A stretch of 64,000 nucleotides of DNA from a virus (Duplodnaviria; Caudoviricetes): IMG/VR virus record IMGVR_UViG_3300015615_000196, positions 160,001 through 224,000 of that record, one strand, 5' to 3'. The notes below the pieces were generated by a model, which saw only the letters and a list, made by a program, of their open reading frames with translations, made no database searches and was not told the origin of the DNA. The position numbers and the translations under genes were made by a program. This document shows, in pieces, positions 38,133 to 49,405 of the stretch. The stretch's first letter is position 1, and each line of letters begins with the position of its first letter.

Positions 38133-41100
38133 ATGGGCTTAAACACATTAAATACAGGTGCGATCTCTTTCAAGAGACTAAGCGGTAAAGCACATACCCA
38201 ACAGAACTTTGCTGTCACAGAAGAAAGCATTGGCTCAAACGTTAGTTTGTCATTTGCAACTGTGTTCGGTAAGGCAATTCAACCTAAACCACTTACGGTA
38301 GGTGGATTGACTGCGTTGTATGCAACTGATAATAAAGTTGAACGAGTAAGATTTGACGTAGAAATAATTCCAGATACATTGATTGGTACTAACCAGTCTC
38401 AGGGTTACAGATTGAAATTACCTATCGGTTACACTGGTAGTGGTAAATTGGGTTCACACTATAGTGGTGGTACAAAATTATACACTGCTCTTGGTAAACT
38501 TCAAATCGTCCCATCATTATATGGCACAGTAAAGCCAGATGGTTCAACTGAGTACGATCCGATTTTGTATCAAACAAACGGCACAACAGTAATTCCTAAG
38601 TTCGATCCCATCAATTGGATTATCGACAATTATAGTGGGATTTTGTTCGTACAAGACCCGCCAGCAGGATTTGACATCAGTGCTGCAAGACCGGGATACG
38701 TTGAAGCATTCTTATACGTAGGAGATTATCTTGATCAAGTAATTGCGAGTGGTGTTACTGGAAGTTCAGTGGATTGGAGCAACATCGCTAACAAGCCATT
38801 GGTATTCCCACCAGCACCACACACACATCCGATCTCTGGTGTAACTGGATTGCAGGGTGCATTGAATTCAAAAATAGATATTGCGAATATTGGAATGAGT
38901 GGTGGATCGCCAACAACACATGTTGCACCATTGGATGGTAATAACATCATACCACCGATATACATTCCTTCAATATTCAAAGAAGTATATGTTGTGCCAA
39001 CAATTGCTGCAAGAACTGCACGATTTGTTGCATCTGGTAGTACACCGGGGCCGGGACAAGTTGAATCATTTGAAGGTTTAAGAGTTTATGTACTTGATTG
39101 TACTGGTGCACCAGAATTACCTACTGGAACAACTGGTAGCTGTGAGTCGATTGATACAACTGGTTTCTTAAACTGGTCAGCAATCACGTCATCACAATTC
39201 GTGAATACCGATTGGACATCAATATCAGGTAAGCCACCACTCGTAAATCAAATTATTCCGGGTGCGGGTATTAGTGTCTTGCCTCTCGGTGGAACAGGAT
39301 ATACTACGGTCGATGTTAAAACTGATAGTTCATACATTACTACATTAGTGCCATCTGGAAAATTGACAATCAAAGATTTGTCAATCGATCCACGTAAGAT
39401 GAAATTCCAAGGAGGACTTACGGGTACGACTGGTCAATATATTATCAGAGGATCGGGAGATACATTCCAAGCTGTTAATTTACCATTTACCGGAGTGAGT
39501 ACAGTAACAGCCGCGAGTGGTATAACAAATATTGGAACAGCACCAAATCCTATTTTGGTTGCTCAAGTTGATACTGCGGACGGTAGTATCGAAAAGACAT
39601 CATTAGGTATCCGTGTTACAAATAACACGATTGGCACGACCAAATTGAATTTGGGTTCAGGCCCGACACAATTCAATGCCGACTTGTTACCACTAAACAC
39701 AGGTACAACTTACATGGGTGCAACCGATGTTGGAACTGCAATTGAAAAACTCGCAACGGGTATTACTGCATTGAATACTGTCGCTCTTACTGGTGCAACA
39801 AACATCGGTACTGGTGAAGGACACATATTCACTTCGGTGACTGCACATAAGACACAATTGAAAGGAATCAAACACGGTAATCACATTGCAGTAAGTGAAA
39901 ACGGTACTGATATTACGATTGCGGTAACTGGTATTAGTGCAACAACTGGTAGCACAATTGGCCCTGCCGAAGACGGAAGTTATTTGGATGGTTTGTTTAC
40001 AGACTTTATCCCGGCAACTCCTACTGGTACAGCCGTTGACAGATTCAACGTAGTGTTGAAAGCATTAGCACCGCCACCTGCACCTAACTTAACAGGGGCA
40101 ACAGGAAGCGGTACGTTTGTCGCGGGTAAGCTATCATTTGGTTCATCGAAACCAATTGTTGGCTTTACGAACGTTGGTACAAACGCAGGTAATCCTGCCG
40201 TTGACATTAACGGTAACTATGCAATTGGTGGAACCAGATTAGGTTTGACCAGCGTAGCGATTACTGGTGTATTAAACAGCAGCGTTGTCGGTGGAGGTGG
40301 TGGAATACCATACAATAACACGGCATTCGGTGATGGTGAAAAAGGTAAGTTGATTATGTACAAGAATGGTGTAGTGTTTAGCCAATTGGTTCTTTCAGCA
40401 ACAACAGCTTCAACAAGCAATGCACACATGTCAGTATCAGCAGTTGCAGCAGTGAAGTTTGCAAGTGGTCAACCATTGAACGTATTCAAATACAGAACAG
40501 GAACATTTAGCATTCCGCTTTCAGCAATGACAACGGGATATAATTATATCAGAATTGTGCACACAGGATCAACATTCAGCAGACAAACCAACTTCTTAGA
40601 GTGGGTTTACGATAACGATGCTTCAAACATCGGATTGATCGGCCCTACTGGTTTGACCAACGTAACTCTTGGTGGTACTAAATTTATCTCAGGTGTTAAG
40701 TTCAATACAGGAGGTACAGTACAATATCAAGCAACGTTCTCGAATGCATACAAGAACGTATATAGCAATTCGGCAACGGCAATCGACTTCATTGCAAAAG
40801 ACAATCTTGGTGCAATGACTTTGATGGATGTAACGGGTGGCGGTATTGTTGCCAGATTGACAAGTCCGTTGCAGACACTTCCAAATTTGGATACTGCTGC
40901 ATCGAACCCACAGAACACGAACATTACGATCCTTGGTACGTTACCGATCAACGTATCACAGATTTTGGGTAACGTTGGATTGTTAGGTAGAGTGAGATCA
41001 AGCGTAAGTGTATTGCATCCATTCACTGCACAGCAATTCTCAGGAGCACAATCAACATTGACTGGATTCTTGGTTAACAACGTAACACAATCATCGAACT

Positions 41101-41771
41101 TGAACAATGAAACATTCGATGGTGAAATTGATAGATTGGAAGCAAGAGATTACTCAGTCCTCACATATGCAAACGTAAACGGTGGAACATATGCATGGAC
41201 AAGTTCTCAGAATTTGATAACTGGTAACGCACAACATAACACAGGCTTGCTTGTGTTTAATGGTGAGTTGATGTATCCAAATGCAGCGTACTTAACAACG
41301 CAGTACGGTATTACTACTGGTAACTTCGCAGGTGTGACATTCGCACCAGTGGGTAACCCGAACTATACCACTGCCTCTTTGTCGAGAGACTACTACAGAA
41401 AGTTCAAGTCTGCAAACGGCACGACACAATCAACGTTGACATTTACCATCACACATAGTGGTGCAGCAGGTGATTTCTTGACGAACGGTGGAACGGGTGG
41501 TGTACCGCCAACTGCAAATAATATTAAGGTTGAATTCTTAATCATGAGAAGTGGTGGTGCAATTCACGGATGGGCAAACCCATTCGCCCCTTCTGGTAAC
41601 CCGGAAGGTATTGCAAACACATCAACTTCACAGGTTGGTAACTTGATGACTGTATCATGCACGTTGGCTACAACTCCAAGAGTTGCAATCAATGACATCG
41701 TGGTTGTGAGAATATTCACATCAAGCAGCTACTCAAATAGAATTTTGAACTTGGCAGTAACTAACATATAA
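38133..41771 (+). CDS. Large virion structural / fibre protein (mosaic)
   Basis: N-terminus shared with 41794, C-terminal module shared with 35588, central WSNI.NKP..FPP..HTH fibre motif. Confidence 0.7.
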   Translation: MGLNTLNTGAISFKRLSGKAHTQQNFAVTEESIGSNVSLSFATVFGKAIQPKPLTVGGLTALYATDNKVERVRFDVEIIPDTLIGTNQSQGYRLKLPIGYTGSGKLGSHYSGGTKLYTALGKLQIVPSLYGTVKPDGSTEYDPILYQTNGTTVIPKFDPINWIIDNYSGILFVQDPPAGFDISAARPGYVEAFLYVGDYLDQVIASGVTGSSVDWSNIANKPLVFPPAPHTHPISGVTGLQGALNSKIDIANIGMSGGSPTTHVAPLDGNNIIPPIYIPSIFKEVYVVPTIAARTARFVASGSTPGPGQVESFEGLRVYVLDCTGAPELPTGTTGSCESIDTTGFLNWSAITSSQFVNTDWTSISGKPPLVNQIIPGAGISVLPLGGTGYTTVDVKTDSSYITTLVPSGKLTIKDLSIDPRKMKFQGGLTGTTGQYIIRGSGDTFQAVNLPFTGVSTVTAASGITNIGTAPNPILVAQVDTADGSIEKTSLGIRVTNNTIGTTKLNLGSGPTQFNADLLPLNTGTTYMGATDVGTAIEKLATGITALNTVALTGATNIGTGEGHIFTSVTAHKTQLKGIKHGNHIAVSENGTDITIAVTGISATTGSTIGPAEDGSYLDGLFTDFIPATPTGTAVDRFNVVLKALAPPPAPNLTGATGSGTFVAGKLSFGSSKPIVGFTNVGTNAGNPAVDINGNYAIGGTRLGLTSVAITGVLNSSVVGGGGGIPYNNTAFGDGEKGKLIMYKNGVVFSQLVLSATTASTSNAHMSVSAVAAVKFASGQPLNVFKYRTGTFSIPLSAMTTGYNYIRIVHTGSTFSRQTNFLEWVYDNDASNIGLIGPTGLTNVTLGGTKFISGVKFNTGGTVQYQATFSNAYKNVYSNSATAIDFIAKDNLGAMTLMDVTGGGIVARLTSPLQTLPNLDTAASNPQNTNITILGTLPINVSQILGNVGLLGRVRSSVSVLHPFTAQQFSGAQSTLTGFLVNNVTQSSNLNNETFDGEIDRLEARDYSVLTYANVNGGTYAWTSSQNLITGNAQHNTGLLVFNGELMYPNAAYLTTQYGITTGNFAGVTFAPVGNPNYTTASLSRDYYRKFKSANGTTQSTLTFTITHSGAAGDFLTNGGTGGVPPTANNIKVEFLIMRSGGAIHGWANPFAPSGNPEGIANTSTSQVGNLMTVSCTLATTPRVAINDIVVVRIFTSSSYSNRILNLAVTNI

Positions 41772-41793
41772 GATAAAAATTGACGATAAGTAA

Positions 41794-44127
41794 ATGGCAC
41801 TAAATCCCACAAATACAGGAGCAATCTCATTCAAGAAATTGAGTGGAAAGGCACATACACAACAGAATTTTGCTGTGACGGAAGAAGGCATTGCAACAAA
41901 CGTGCAAATGTCGTATGCAACCGTATTTGCTAATCCAATCGAACCACTTCCAGTGACCAACTCTGGTTTGACTACATTGTATTCAACCAACGGTATTGTC
42001 GAGAGAGTTAAATTCCAAATTGATCTTATTCCAGATACGCAAATTGCTGTCGGTAAGTCTCAAGGTTATAAATTAAAATTACCTTCTGACTATAACACCT
42101 TTGGTGAACTTTATCCTCAATTTTCAGCAGGTACATATTTGTACACAGCACTCGGTAAACTTCAAATCGTACCTGCACTTTATGGTAAATTGAAACCAGA
42201 TGGCTCGACAGAATACGATCCAATTTTGTATCAAACAAACGGTTCAACTGTAATTCCGAAATTTGATCCGATCAACTGGTATATTGATCCATATGATGGT
42301 ATCTTGTTTGTACAAGACCCACCAGCAGGATATGATACAAGTGCAAGTAGACCCGGCTATCTCGAAGCCTTTTTGTATGTAGGTGACTATGTTGATGACT
42401 TGTTGAATATTATGACAACAGGTAGTACTGGTACTACTGGTCTTAATGTGGGTGGTGGTGCAGGTGTGTTCAAAGATAAAGTTGGAAACAATTTAAGATT
42501 TAAATCTCTTGTTGGAAGTGGTGGTATTGCTGTGAGTGCACTAACAAATACAATTGCGCTTTCATTTACTGGTTCAACTGGCGGTGGAACAATTACTGGT
42601 GCAACTAATGGTTTACATGTAACTGGTGCAGGTAAAAAAATTGCATTAGGTGGATCATTAACTGGCGATACACAGATCAACGGAGCAGACACACACTTAT
42701 TATTGTTGGGTGGTAATGGCGTACCGGGAAATTTATTAGGTGGATTCTCGGTTTTCACCACAGGAACAACATCAAACGCACCAATTTATTTTGATTGGCA
42801 AGATGGAAATGATCACATCGCACAATATTTTAGTACCTCTGGTTTTAAAACAATTTCATTTGTAACTGAAAATTTATTATCGGGCGATGCTGCACTTCAA
42901 AATTTTCAAACTAATTCAGTACTTACACAAGTATCGAATCCATCAAACTCTGGACAAACAACGGCAACGTTGTACTATGCGTATAACCAAATTCTTTCTC
43001 AAAATAATTTTTCAAATGAAGAATTTGAATTAACTGTTGGATTTGGCACAAGTCAAAGATTCACAAAGAGCGACAACACAAATAATTTACAGAGTGGTTT
43101 GTTCTTCGACAATGGATTATATGGTGTCTATTTAATGGATGCTAACAATAATACGAATGAAGTCGTTAAAATCAATGCCAAACTTAACAATTTCACTATT
43201 GATGATAGTAGAACTGGTGATACACAGACAGGTATTCAATATGCGTCTGATTACTCAGCAAACTATACTGCAAGATCGTTAGTTGATGCTGCTTTTGTAA
43301 CTGGAATGACTTCTGGTAGTTCGGTTAATGCTGCAAACGGTTTAACGAAAATTGGTAGCACCGTTGTACTTGGTGGTTCATTGACTGGTACAACGATAAT
43401 TGCCAGTGATGGTAGTGCAACTGGACAAGAGATCAAGTTTGGTTATTTTGGCCCCGGTCAAAGATTGGGAAGATATAGTGTCTTCACAACTGGTTCAACT
43501 GGAACACAAGAATGGGACTGGACAAATGGTGATGACAACATCAATTTCACATTATTTGCAGATAGTAAATTCATATCAATGCAATCGTCAGACAATGCAA
43601 ATAGCACGTCAAGTAGTATGTTATTGTCTCAGACATATATTACTGCGGGTGCAAGTAATGCAACTGACTCAACGAGTTTCAGTATGTTACCGAATGCATT
43701 TATTATTCAAGGTACAAATACTGCAACATTCCCCGGTGCTCAATACAATGATGACTACACTGCAAACTTCACTGAGAGATCACTTGTCGATAAAGGATAT
43801 GTTGATTCAGCAATTAGCACAGCATTTGCTGTTGAAAGCATAGACAGCGATTCAGGTGTTGATGTTGACACAAGTAACAAATTAATTCTTGTTGATACAA
43901 GTAGCGGCCCTGTGAATATTACTCTAAGTGAAGGTGCGCCAAGTGGAAGAATTGTAAAAATAAAAGACAAGTATGGGGCGGCAAGCACAAATAATATTGT
44001 GGTTGATGGCGATTCGTTTGGAATTGACAATAACACAACGGCAACAATCAACAGTAATTTGGGTGCATTGGAATTAACTTTTAGTTCTGATGATGCAACT
44101 TGGTATGTAACTGGATTTGTGAACTAA
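41794..44127 (+). CDS. Virion fibre protein
   Basis: N-terminal ~200 aa paralogous to 38133; NGL...LGGSLTG modules. Confidence 0.7.
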   Translation: MALNPTNTGAISFKKLSGKAHTQQNFAVTEEGIATNVQMSYATVFANPIEPLPVTNSGLTTLYSTNGIVERVKFQIDLIPDTQIAVGKSQGYKLKLPSDYNTFGELYPQFSAGTYLYTALGKLQIVPALYGKLKPDGSTEYDPILYQTNGSTVIPKFDPINWYIDPYDGILFVQDPPAGYDTSASRPGYLEAFLYVGDYVDDLLNIMTTGSTGTTGLNVGGGAGVFKDKVGNNLRFKSLVGSGGIAVSALTNTIALSFTGSTGGGTITGATNGLHVTGAGKKIALGGSLTGDTQINGADTHLLLLGGNGVPGNLLGGFSVFTTGTTSNAPIYFDWQDGNDHIAQYFSTSGFKTISFVTENLLSGDAALQNFQTNSVLTQVSNPSNSGQTTATLYYAYNQILSQNNFSNEEFELTVGFGTSQRFTKSDNTNNLQSGLFFDNGLYGVYLMDANNNTNEVVKINAKLNNFTIDDSRTGDTQTGIQYASDYSANYTARSLVDAAFVTGMTSGSSVNAANGLTKIGSTVVLGGSLTGTTIIASDGSATGQEIKFGYFGPGQRLGRYSVFTTGSTGTQEWDWTNGDDNINFTLFADSKFISMQSSDNANSTSSSMLLSQTYITAGASNATDSTSFSMLPNAFIIQGTNTATFPGAQYNDDYTANFTERSLVDKGYVDSAISTAFAVESIDSDSGVDVDTSNKLILVDTSSGPVNITLSEGAPSGRIVKIKDKYGAASTNNIVVDGDSFGIDNNTTATINSNLGALELTFSSDDATWYVTGFVN

Positions 44128-44159
44128 TTTTCAGCGTATTTATAAGAAAAACATAGGAA

Positions 44160-47100
44160 ATGGGTTTCGATACCAAAATAAACCTCAATAATGGAAAATT
44201 TGAACAAGCACCGAGTGACACATTAGCATTTTCGGGTACTAATTACTTTGCCGGAAATATTGATTCAAAAGACGGTTATAAGGTTTCTGGAACCACGCTT
44301 TTTAGTGGAGGTCATGTAATCAGTGCATTTAAAATTGGACAAGATGCTGTTTCCGCAGGTGCAAATAGTATAGCAATTGGTAGATTAGCCACTGCAACTG
44401 GTGATAGTACTATCGCAATAGGTGTTGGTGCATTGGCAATTTCAAGCGATAGCATGAGTATTGGCGATGGTGCAAAATCAAGTGCAAATGGTGGAATTTC
44501 TATTGGAGCCGCAGCCGGAAGTACAACTGGTGTACAGGGAAATCAATCAATATCAATTGGACAAGCAGCGAATAGCGGAAGTGATGATATTGGCACTGCT
44601 TCCATTTCAATGGGTTACTTGTCAAAAGCAGTAAGTCAAGAAGCGATTTCCATTGGTTTTGGTTCATATATAAGTGGAGGTACTGGTGCAGTTGCAATTG
44701 GCAGTGGTGCACAAGCGAGAGCACAATATTCAGTAGCAGTTGGTTATCAAGCAGGTACAGTAACAGGTACTGATGGTGGTGCATCTGTTTCAGTTGGTCG
44801 ATTAGCCAACTATGGTGCATTTAATATTGGTACATGGAGTGTTGCTGTTGGTAATGCAAGTCAGAGCGTTGGAGATAATTCTGTAGCAGTCGGTGTTACA
44901 TCGATTGCAACTGGAACTTCTTCAATAGCAATCGGTAATAATCCACTTGCTGGTGGATTGGAATCAATTGCAGTAGGCCGACAAGTTGTTGCCAAAGGTA
45001 ATAACAGTGTGGCGATGGTCGTATTCAGTAATGTAAGTGCATCAGCCCCTAATTCTGTTGCCATTGGTATTTCATCATCAATCACAGGTAACTCAGTTAG
45101 TTCAATTGCAATTGGTGATACGGCCAGAGTGTTTAATGCAACTGGTGGTATTGCGATTGGTTTGAATTCTAAGATTTCAAATAATGACGGTATCGGAATT
45201 GGTAGAGAAGCAGGTAGTACAACAGGTAATACTGGAACTCAGGCAGTTCACATTGGTTATCGATCAGGTGGTGCTGGTTTAAATAGAGCAATTGGTTCGA
45301 CAACGGTTGCCATTGGTACTGACACAGTAACAGTAGGTGATAACTCTATATCAATTGGTAATAATGCAGGTAACATAACTGGTGTTTTTGGTGAGAGATA
45401 TATCTCTATGGGTCATCAAGCCAACCAAGGAACACAAGTTCAAATTGGTAATGATACAGTTGCCATTGGTACAAATTCTCAAGCAGTAGGTGCTAACACG
45501 ATTACAATTGGTAATTCAGCAGGTGTAACCAGTGGATCAGACTTTGGAAATGCAATCTCAATTGGTTTAAATGCCAATCAAGGTACAGCAGATATTGGTC
45601 AAGATTCAATTGCCATTGGTCGTCAAACTGAGGCAAGCACTACTGAATCAATTGCTATCGGTTCAAATGCAGTTTCAAAAGCAGCAACTGCGGTATCAAT
45701 TGGACGTTATGCAGGTAACAATAGTGGTACGGTAAATATCTCTCATGTTTCTATTGGTGAAAATGCGAATACTGGTACAGCAGGTATTGGTATTGCGGGT
45801 GTTGGTATAGGCAGCAGTGCATTGTCCGTAGGAAATCATTCAATTGCAATTGGATATTTGAGCAAGTCAACTGGTGCAACATCAATTGCAATCGGTAAAC
45901 AAGCATTAGCATACGGACAACAATCAGTATCGATAGGTAACGATGCATCGGCAAATGGTACGTTCGGCATTGCAATGGGTATCACTGCTAATGCAAGTGC
46001 ATCAAGTTCAATAGCAATTGGTAATAGTGCATCGGCAACTGCAAATAATTCAACAGCAGTTGGTGTTGGGGCAGACGTATCAGGTGTTGATTCTGTTGCT
46101 CTCGGTAAAGCAAATGTCTCAGGTTTAAGATCAATTGCAATTGGTACTGGTTCACTTGGTGTAACAACAACATCTGATTTTTCAGTTGTTATTGGTTCAG
46201 ACATTACTTCTCACATTGCAACTAACGGTGTTGCAATCGGTGGTAGCATAATACAGGGCGGTAATAATAGTGTTACAATTGGTATTGGAGCACAAACAAA
46301 TGGAACAAACAGCATTGCAATGGGTAATGGCCCAATTGCAGATGGTGATTACAGCATATCACTTGGTTTCACAAGTTCGGCTACGGGTACAACATCAATA
46401 GCAATTGGAAGACAAGCAATGGCTTTCGGTTTACAATCTGTGGCAGTCGGTAATGATGCCAGAGCAAATGGAACTAATAGTGTTGCAATTGGTATTACAG
46501 CATACGCAAAATCAAACGAATCAGTTGCAATTGGTAGCACGGCTGGTTCCGCTACAGGTACGGTTGGCGTTAATTTTGTCAGCATTGGAAGAAATTCAAA
46601 TTCAGGTACAGGAAATATTGGTCTTGCTTCAATTGCTATTGGTGATACAGCAAGATCAGCAGCAGACAATACGATTGCAATTGGTAATGGCGCAGGATAC
46701 CAATATTCATCATACGGAAGTGGTGCGATTTCAATTGGTTTAGTATCAAATGGTACTAACGCACCAATCGGTGCAAACTCAATTGCTATTGGAACATCAA
46801 CAAATGCAACGACAACATCAAGCATTGCAATTGGCCCTAATGCGATTGCGACTGGTGGTACATCATCATTGGCAATAGGAAATGCAGCCATTGCAAATGC
46901 GGCCAGTGTAATTTCTATCGGTACTGGTGCAGGTAATACTACGGGCACTACGGGTCAATATGCGATTTCAATTGGTCTTTCAAGTAATTCAGTTGATGAC
47001 ATTGGACAAGATTCAATTGCGATTGGTCGTGGTAATAGAACATCGGCATTATCATCAATTGCAATCGGTAGATTCTTATATTCTACAGCAACAGGTGCAA

Positions 47101-47534
47101 TTACGATGGGTAGAACAAACACCCAAGTTATCAACAATCAAGCAGACAGTTTCCAATTGTCATGGGATGGTGATGATGACTTTAAGTTATCAAAAGGAGC
47201 AATTCAAACAACAAACGCAACGACAGCAACATTGCTTTCATATACACTTGCATCTACATCGGTTTACAGTGTTAAAGCAACAGTTGTGGCGAGAGAATCA
47301 ACTGGTGCAGACAGAGCGATGTATGTTATAAAGGCATTGGCGTATAGAGAAGGTGGGGGTGCTGTTATCGAAGGTGGTGCACCATATGTGATAGACAATA
47401 TTGAATCAAGTGGTGCAGGATCGTGGTCTGCAACAGTGGATGCTGGTGGTAATACCATCAGAGTTAGAGTTACAGGTGCAGCATCGACAACAATTAATTG
47501 GCATGTCATTTTAGAATTGACGAAAGTAAGTTAA
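44160..47534 (+). CDS. Tail fibre / adhesin with YadA-head-like beta-roll repeats
   Basis: Dozens of ~14 aa A.G..SIAIG..A repeats; no signal peptide and no autotransporter barrel. Confidence 0.8.
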   Translation: MGFDTKINLNNGKFEQAPSDTLAFSGTNYFAGNIDSKDGYKVSGTTLFSGGHVISAFKIGQDAVSAGANSIAIGRLATATGDSTIAIGVGALAISSDSMSIGDGAKSSANGGISIGAAAGSTTGVQGNQSISIGQAANSGSDDIGTASISMGYLSKAVSQEAISIGFGSYISGGTGAVAIGSGAQARAQYSVAVGYQAGTVTGTDGGASVSVGRLANYGAFNIGTWSVAVGNASQSVGDNSVAVGVTSIATGTSSIAIGNNPLAGGLESIAVGRQVVAKGNNSVAMVVFSNVSASAPNSVAIGISSSITGNSVSSIAIGDTARVFNATGGIAIGLNSKISNNDGIGIGREAGSTTGNTGTQAVHIGYRSGGAGLNRAIGSTTVAIGTDTVTVGDNSISIGNNAGNITGVFGERYISMGHQANQGTQVQIGNDTVAIGTNSQAVGANTITIGNSAGVTSGSDFGNAISIGLNANQGTADIGQDSIAIGRQTEASTTESIAIGSNAVSKAATAVSIGRYAGNNSGTVNISHVSIGENANTGTAGIGIAGVGIGSSALSVGNHSIAIGYLSKSTGATSIAIGKQALAYGQQSVSIGNDASANGTFGIAMGITANASASSSIAIGNSASATANNSTAVGVGADVSGVDSVALGKANVSGLRSIAIGTGSLGVTTTSDFSVVIGSDITSHIATNGVAIGGSIIQGGNNSVTIGIGAQTNGTNSIAMGNGPIADGDYSISLGFTSSATGTTSIAIGRQAMAFGLQSVAVGNDARANGTNSVAIGITAYAKSNESVAIGSTAGSATGTVGVNFVSIGRNSNSGTGNIGLASIAIGDTARSAADNTIAIGNGAGYQYSSYGSGAISIGLVSNGTNAPIGANSIAIGTSTNATTTSSIAIGPNAIATGGTSSLAIGNAAIANAASVISIGTGAGNTTGTTGQYAISIGLSSNSVDDIGQDSIAIGRGNRTSALSSIAIGRFLYSTATGAITMGRTNTQVINNQADSFQLSWDGDDDFKLSKGAIQTTNATTATLLSYTLASTSVYSVKATVVARESTGADRAMYVIKALAYREGGGAVIEGGAPYVIDNIESSGAGSWSATVDAGGNTIRVRVTGAASTTINWHVILELTKVS

Positions 47535-47538
47535 GAAT

Positions 47539-48984
47539 ATGAGTTTAATACAATTTAACGTACCAACAAATATATCTGGTGGTTCAGGTGGGACAGAAAC
47601 TTTTGCAAGTAATGGTCTTACTAAAATAGGTGACTATGTAACTCTTGGTGGAACCCTAACAGGGGATACCACGATTGATGGCGCAGGTTCAAACAAATTG
47701 AATTTCACTTCAATAAATGGACTTCATATCACGACAACATCAACAGATGGATTTTCTGTGCTTACTCCGGCAGAACAAAGTTTGTTTAGTGGAGGAACAT
47801 TCAAAGTAAATTCGAATGTTAACGGGGTTAGAGCAATTGAAATAATTGCTAAAGGTTCAAGTACTGAAACATTTATCGGTGCAGAAAATGGTCAAGTAAC
47901 ATTTTCATCAACAGGTGGAAGCGTTAATTTAATTGGTTCTGTAGTCAGTGCAAATGCATCAGGACAATTATCAATGAGTGGTGGTGCTGATGGTGTTGTT
48001 ATACAAGGTGGTACTGGTGCACTTGCATTAAGACAAGATGGAAACTATCCAATGGGATTATATAGTTTCAGCAATGGTGCAATGGAAATTTTGGCGACTG
48101 GTGATACGAACATCACAAGTAACAATATGATCATTAACGCCCTAACTGATCTTTTAGTTGAGTCAGAAAATAGCATGACTATCAATGGTTATGGAAATGG
48201 TGGAATAATTGTTAACACCTCAGATGGTGGAATTACAGTACAAACAAATCAACATGATATTTCGGTCAATACTGGTAGTGCATTTATAAATTTATCGTCA
48301 CAAAATCTTGTGAGTTCTGAAACGAGTTTTGTTGTCACGTTAGGTGCATCATCGAATATTTCATTAGAATCGGATCAGGCTTCAATTAATTTCATAACAA
48401 ATACTATTCAGTGGGAGGTCACGAATGGTTCATCAACGTCACAATCAAACATATCACCAACTTCTACAAGTATTCAATGTGGTGATGCATCAATCACATC
48501 GCTTTTAACATTGAGCAACACTGGTTATGATCTTACGTTTGTTGATAATGGTAGTGGTTTTTATAACGCAGTTGAGGCTACAACATCTGATGCGATAAAC
48601 ATAATTGCAACTGATGCTTCATTCAAGGGCATTTTATACAACAATGATTATTCTGGAAATTTTGTTAACAGATCACTTGTTGATAAACAATACGTTGACA
48701 CTGCGGTTTCAGATGAAAGATTGAAACAAAACATTACGGGACTCACTAATTCTCTTAATCGTATCAATGCCCTCAAACCAGTTGAATTTGATTTCATAAA
48801 ATCAAAAGAGCATACTGCTGGTTTTATTGCACAAGACATGGATAAGGTTTTCCCTGAATTGGTAGTAAAAGATGGTGAGTTTTGGAGAATCAAAAATCAA
48901 TTGATCCCATACCTTGTAAAAGCCATTCAGGAATTGAGTGCTAAGGTAGACGATCTACAAAATAAATTGAATCAGACTAAGTAA
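47539..48984 (+). CDS. Tail fibre/spike with C-terminal peptidase S74 intramolecular chaperone
   Basis: SDERLKQNI, LKPVEF, GFIAQ, FPELV, LVKAIQEL coiled coil. Confidence 0.88.
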   Translation: MSLIQFNVPTNISGGSGGTETFASNGLTKIGDYVTLGGTLTGDTTIDGAGSNKLNFTSINGLHITTTSTDGFSVLTPAEQSLFSGGTFKVNSNVNGVRAIEIIAKGSSTETFIGAENGQVTFSSTGGSVNLIGSVVSANASGQLSMSGGADGVVIQGGTGALALRQDGNYPMGLYSFSNGAMEILATGDTNITSNNMIINALTDLLVESENSMTINGYGNGGIIVNTSDGGITVQTNQHDISVNTGSAFINLSSQNLVSSETSFVVTLGASSNISLESDQASINFITNTIQWEVTNGSSTSQSNISPTSTSIQCGDASITSLLTLSNTGYDLTFVDNGSGFYNAVEATTSDAINIIATDASFKGILYNNDYSGNFVNRSLVDKQYVDTAVSDERLKQNITGLTNSLNRINALKPVEFDFIKSKEHTAGFIAQDMDKVFPELVVKDGEFWRIKNQLIPYLVKAIQELSAKVDDLQNKLNQTK

Positions 48985-48986
48985 AT

Positions 48987-49301
48987 ATGGCATTAAAAAT
49001 AAACAGAGAATTAACCACTAAAGATGGTGGTGTGGTAGCAAGCGGTTCATGTGCCGTATTCAGTACTCAATTTCCAGCAATAGGATACGACTATATTGCC
49101 CGTGTTCAGGTATATCGATCACAAGCAGCAAAAGAAGCAAATGCAACACCTTTGGACGTGGTTGAGTTAACCCAATTGAACTTTAGAAAATCGCTTACTC
49201 TAAGCGATTTTGCAGAATTGACTCCGATAGTGATTCACGACCATGTGAAGGCATTTTTGGAAGATCAACTTGGTTCTGGTACTGTCGAGGTTCTTCTTTA
49301 A
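48987..49301 (+). CDS. Hypothetical protein (possible fibre assembly factor)
   Basis: 104 aa ORF directly after the S74 fibre gene. Confidence 0.65.
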   Translation: MALKINRELTTKDGGVVASGSCAVFSTQFPAIGYDYIARVQVYRSQAAKEANATPLDVVELTQLNFRKSLTLSDFAELTPIVIHDHVKAFLEDQLGSGTVEVLL

Positions 49302-49405
49302 ATTTTAGTGGATAGTTGAGGTAAAATCCCGCTTATTATCGGTGAATAAGTGGGAGAAAAAACTATTTATAAATAGAATAACCTCAAAATCGCTGAAATT
49401 TTCAC

